NCBI GenBank assembly: GCA_964424165.1
Contig: CAYRIB010000001.1
Coordinates: forward strand, 13,360-70,300
Direction of reading: 5' to 3'
From: an uncultured Myxococcales bacterium
Lineage (GTDB): Bacteria > Myxococcota_A > UBA9042 > DTJE01
Length of the DNA stretch: 56,941 nt
Program-made: the position numbers and the translations under genes
Notes under the pieces: generated by a model
Seen by the model: the letters and a program-made list of their open reading frames with translations, nothing else
What the model was told of the DNA's origin: nothing
The model's database searches: none
In this document: positions 54,110-56,941 of the stretch, piece after piece
How positions within the stretch are numbered: position 1 is the first letter of the stretch
How the letters are laid out: each line of letters begins with the position of its first letter

Positions 54110-55753
54110 TTATTCCGAGGTGCCCATCTTCTGCTGGACTGCAAGCCAGAGTGGCCCGAGCGTCGAGGCGTTCAGTCCGCACACCGGGACACCGCCCAGG
54201 GAGGCTGCTAGCAGGGCGACGGCGTCGGAATCCGACACGCGGTCGGTCTTGTTCAGGGCCAGCACCTGCGGGATCTGGTCGAGCTCGAGGTCCGACAGGA
54301 TTTGCCGGACCGCAGCAATCTGCTCGTGGACGTTGGGGTCCGACACATCCGCGACGAGGATCAGTACCTTGGCCAGACCGATCTCCTCAAGCGTTGCGCG
54401 GAATGCGCCCACGAGGTCCGGTGGCAGGGACCGGATGAATCCGACCGTGTCGGTGAGCAAGATCGGACCATGCCCTTCCACGTAGGCCCGGCGCGTGGTG
54501 GGGTCGAGCGTCGCGAACAGCCGGTCCTGGGCCTGCACCCCGGCGGCGGTCATCGTGTTGAAGATGGTGGACTTTCCCGCATTGGTATATCCGACCAGGG
54601 CCACCAGCGGCACGGCCGATTCCTGGCGGCGCGCTCGACGCCGCGCCCTCTGTTGCGACAGCACATCGATCCGCCCCTCGAGTTGATGAATGCGCTCACG
54701 CGCGCGGCGACGCTCCATCTCGAGCTTCGTTTCGCCGGGACCCAGGGTCCCGATGCCACCGGTGAGGCGCGAGAGGGAGTCGTCCTTTTCCGACAGTCGC
54801 GGCAGGTTGTAGCGCAACTGGGCCAGTTCGACCTGGAGGCGCCCATCGCTGGTGTGTGCGTGCTTGGCGAAGATGTCCAGAATCAACTGATTGCGATCGA
54901 TGACGCGAACCCCGGTTTCCTGGGCCATGGCCCGTTGTTGCGAGGGGGTGAGCGACACTCCGCAGATGATCAGGTCCACGCCCTTCTGCAGCGCGGCCAT
55001 GGTGACCGAGGCCAGCTTGCCCCGCCCGATCACGGTCCTAGGATCCGGCTGGGCACGCCGTTGCACCACCGTGTCGGCAACCACGATGCCGGCCGTATCG
55101 CACAGGGCATGGAGTTCGGCAACGGTCCAGCCAAGCTCGCGGGAACGCCCGGCCCAAGGCAGGACAATGATGGCCACGTCGCGTACGACCCGTCCCTGGG
55201 TTCCGCCATCGCGCAGCATCGAGGCATCGTGCCGCATCCGGGTTTCGATATCGCGCACGGTTTCGTCGAAACGGACCTCGACCTGGGCCGGGAAGGCAAG
55301 GGGCAGGACTTCCCACAGACGCTCGTCGGGATTGGCAGGAAGCAGCCACCCCACGCTGACCCGGGGCAGATGACCGGCCACTTCTGCAAGCACGCCCACC
55401 GAGGCGTCGAGCGAATAGAGCCGCAGGTCGTTGAGGTCCTGGGTGTCCAGACCCTGGCCATCCAGTCGGGAGTGAATCAGGCGGAAGCCGCCGAGTCGTC
55501 CGGGACCGGTACGACGTCGGGCGTGCGAGGGAATCGTGAGGTTGGTAGCGGTGCCGACGAGCACCTCGGACACCACGCCTCGACGGTCCACCAGCAGACC
55601 GATGCGGCGGCCCACGGCCAGCGAGACGTCGGCAATCGCCAAGGCCATGGGGGGATCGACGAAGGTTTCGCGGCTGGCGCGACGCTCGAAGAGCCCTTCG
55701 ACGAGGCGGACGTCGCTGATCGAAAGACCGTCCAGATTGCCGATCGCCTTCAA
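54110..55753 (-). CDS. hflX: GTPase HflX, long form with an ~190-aa N-terminal extension
   Basis: HflX N-domain ([40 protein letters not shown]). G-domain [25 protein letters not shown] start 55753 overlaps the bEBP stop (TTGA). The extension region keeps G/C-ending codons and normal composition, so it looks coding. Confidence 0.85.
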   Translation of the reverse strand: MKAIGNLDGLSISDVRLVEGLFERRASRETFVDPPMALAIADVSLAVGRRIGLLVDRRGVVSEVLVGTATNLTIPSHARRRTGPGRLGGFRLIHSRLDGQGLDTQDLNDLRLYSLDASVGVLAEVAGHLPRVSVGWLLPANPDERLWEVLPLAFPAQVEVRFDETVRDIETRMRHDASMLRDGGTQGRVVRDVAIIVLPWAGRSRELGWTVAELHALCDTAGIVVADTVVQRRAQPDPRTVIGRGKLASVTMAALQKGVDLIICGVSLTPSQQRAMAQETGVRVIDRNQLILDIFAKHAHTSDGRLQVELAQLRYNLPRLSEKDDSLSRLTGGIGTLGPGETKLEMERRRARERIHQLEGRIDVLSQQRARRRARRQESAVPLVALVGYTNAGKSTIFNTMTAAGVQAQDRLFATLDPTTRRAYVEGHGPILLTDTVGFIRSLPPDLVGAFRATLEEIGLAKVLILVADVSDPNVHEQIAAVRQILSDLELDQIPQVLALNKTDRVSDSDAVALLAASLGGVPVCGLNASTLGPLWLAVQQKMGTSE

Positions 55754-56706
55754 TCCGCTTCCTCCAATGCCTTCATCTTGTATGCGAGCGTGCGCGGACT
55801 GATCTCGAGCATACGAGCGGCCTGTTCACGGTGACCATGCGCGGAGGCGAGCGCTTCCTGGATCAGCCGTCGTTCGAGGGCGCGAACATTGCGGGCGAGG
55901 GACAGGCCAGGCAGTGTCGACGCGACGGAAAGGATGCGAACTCGCTCGGGCAGGTCCTCGCGCCGAATGGTGTCCCCGTCGATCATGAGCACGGTCTGCT
56001 CGATCACATTTTGGAGTTCCCTGACGTTCCCGGGCCATGCGTAGGCCTGCAGGGCAGCGAGTGCGTCCGGGGCCATGCGGACCGGGGGCCGTCGCTGGCG
56101 ATCGCTGGCCTCCTGTGCCATGTGAACGGCCAGAACTGCCACGTCTTCGGGGCGCTCCCGCAGGGGCGGCACGTGCAATGGCAGGGCATTGAGCCGGTGA
56201 TACAGGTCTTTTCGGAAGCGTCCGGATGCCATGTCCGCAGACAGATCACGGCTCGTCGATGCCATGATCCGCACGTCGGCCCGCCGCAGCAAGGTTTCCC
56301 CCAGGCGGGTGAACTCGCCTTCCTGCAGGAATCGCAGAAGCTTGACCTGCAAATCGAACGGGAACTCGCCGATTTCGTCGAGGAACAGACTGCCTCCCCC
56401 GGCGGCCTCGATCAGACCTCGCCGAGGGGCATCGGCACCCGTGAAGGCGCCACGGGCGTGGCCGAACAGTTCGGATTCCACGAGGGCCGGCGACAGGGCC
56501 GCGCAGCTCACGGCAACGAAGGGGCCCGCCGCGCGGGGGGACGCCGCATGGATGAAGCGGGCCACAACTTCCTTACCAGACCCGGATTCGCCGGTGAGCA
56601 GAATGGTCGCCGGATGAGTGGCCATGCGCCGACCCAGGTCCAGCAAGGTCTTCATGACCCTGGATTGTGCAATGATGTCGCTGCAATCCACTGAACGTGG
56701 AGCCAT
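55750..56706 (-). CDS. Sigma-54-dependent transcriptional activator (bEBP) consisting only of AAA+ and HTH domains
   Basis: Walker [24 protein letters not shown] (GAFTGA loop), LFLDEIG, RVIAST-like [14 protein letters not shown], and a C-terminal Fis-type [23 protein letters not shown] 56706..56704 leaves only about 15 aa before the AAA+ core. The track's upstream extension (MPHEGQG...) has poorer third-position G/C than the overlapping mini-ORF frame. Confidence 0.85.
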   Translation of the reverse strand: MAPRSVDCSDIIAQSRVMKTLLDLGRRMATHPATILLTGESGSGKEVVARFIHAASPRAAGPFVAVSCAALSPALVESELFGHARGAFTGADAPRRGLIEAAGGGSLFLDEIGEFPFDLQVKLLRFLQEGEFTRLGETLLRRADVRIMASTSRDLSADMASGRFRKDLYHRLNALPLHVPPLRERPEDVAVLAVHMAQEASDRQRRPPVRMAPDALAALQAYAWPGNVRELQNVIEQTVLMIDGDTIRREDLPERVRILSVASTLPGLSLARNVRALERRLIQEALASAHGHREQAARMLEISPRTLAYKMKALEEAD

Positions 56707-56941
56707 CAAAGGGGATTCGTTGTCGGGGTAGAGGTGTTTGGTGTGGGCGGTACGGGGACTTCGGTCATCTTCATGTTGCACTCCTTCGAGTGCAAACCGC
56801 CGCAATTGGCATCCCCCTCCTTGCAGCCGCAACCCTTGCCAGGCATGGGTATGGGAAGGGTGGTTGCCGGATCCTTCATGGGGCATTCGCCCTTGGCCTT
56901 CATGGGGCACTCGCCCTTGGCCTTCATCGGACAGTCGTCCT
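56706..56941 (-). CDS. Cys/Met-rich small protein (5' end outside the window), possible metal- or redox-binding
   Basis: Reads ..[77 protein letters not shown]. Its third-position G/C is higher than the alternate frame. Its TGA overlaps the bEBP ATG (TGATG). No stop lies upstream within the window, so the true start is unknown. Confidence 0.45.
   Translation of the reverse strand, partial: DDCPMKAKGECPMKAKGECPMKDPATTLPIPMPGKGCGCKEGDANCGGLHSKECNMKMTEVPVPPTPNTSTPTTNPL
56877..56924 (-). repeat. 24-nt tandem repeat (2 full copies, 23/24 identical, plus a diverged third copy running off the window)
   Basis: CATGGGGCATTCGCCCTTGGCCTT (56877-56900) and CATGGGGCACTCGCCCTTGGCCTT (56901-56924). Each encodes KAKGECPM on the minus strand. 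Confidence 0.85.

Noticed and set aside
54302-55834. 510-aa plus-strand ORF
   Set aside because: It is antisense to hflX, whose G-domain motifs are unambiguous.
56707-56910. Upstream extension of the bEBP ORF ([15 protein letters not shown]...)
   Set aside because: It is the same repeat DNA read in a frame with clearly fewer G/C-ending codons than the overlapping Cys/Met-rich frame. The ATG at 56706 gives a PspF-like length, and no known sensory-domain motif appears in the extension. It remains an alternative if the mini-ORF proves non-coding.

Overview
This is a high-GC, gene-dense chromosomal window with about 46 CDS and very short or overlapping gene junctions. All product calls rest on motifs read by eye from the supplied translations; no homology search was run.

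The style looks Myxococcota/deltaproteobacterial. Supporting features are many lipoproteins with an [AG]C-GGG lipobox, C-x-x-x-D-D-D-C-D-G cysteine repeats, a zinc-ribbon Ser/Thr kinase and PEGA domains. That taxonomic guess is inference only.

Most of the window is housekeeping:
- lnt, clpX, nfnAB-like genes and folC
- the dnaG-rpoD pair
- a CCA-adding enzyme, trmB, two rRNA methyltransferases (RlmD-like, rlmN) and lpdA
- rdgB, pgk-tpiA-secG, lepB and hflX

I saw no rRNA, tRNA, CRISPR array, transposase or integrase.

The non-housekeeping content worth a second look:
1. At the right edge, a truncated Cys/Met-rich mini-ORF with 24-nt tandem repeats overlaps, stop on start, a sigma-54 activator that has no sensory domain.
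2. A tyrosine-phenol-lyase-like gene overlaps an MMPL/RND exporter gene by ATGA.
3. A Ddl-like ATP-grasp ligase plus GNAT pair sits where clpP would normally precede clpX.
4. A 1479-aa secreted protein combines ten acidic cysteine-knot motifs (six of them in exact 174-nt tandem repeats), a beta-helix segment and a poly-Gly tail.
5. A bimodular QueD/PTPS-fold protein lies between two rRNA methyltransferase genes.
6. Several exported proteins are unusual: an amidohydrolase_2 with both a Tat motif and a lipobox, a 700-aa Cys-rich lipoprotein, an M49-like peptidase and a PLD lipoprotein.

Many long ORFs in the six-frame track are antisense or alternate-frame artefacts of the high GC content and were rejected.
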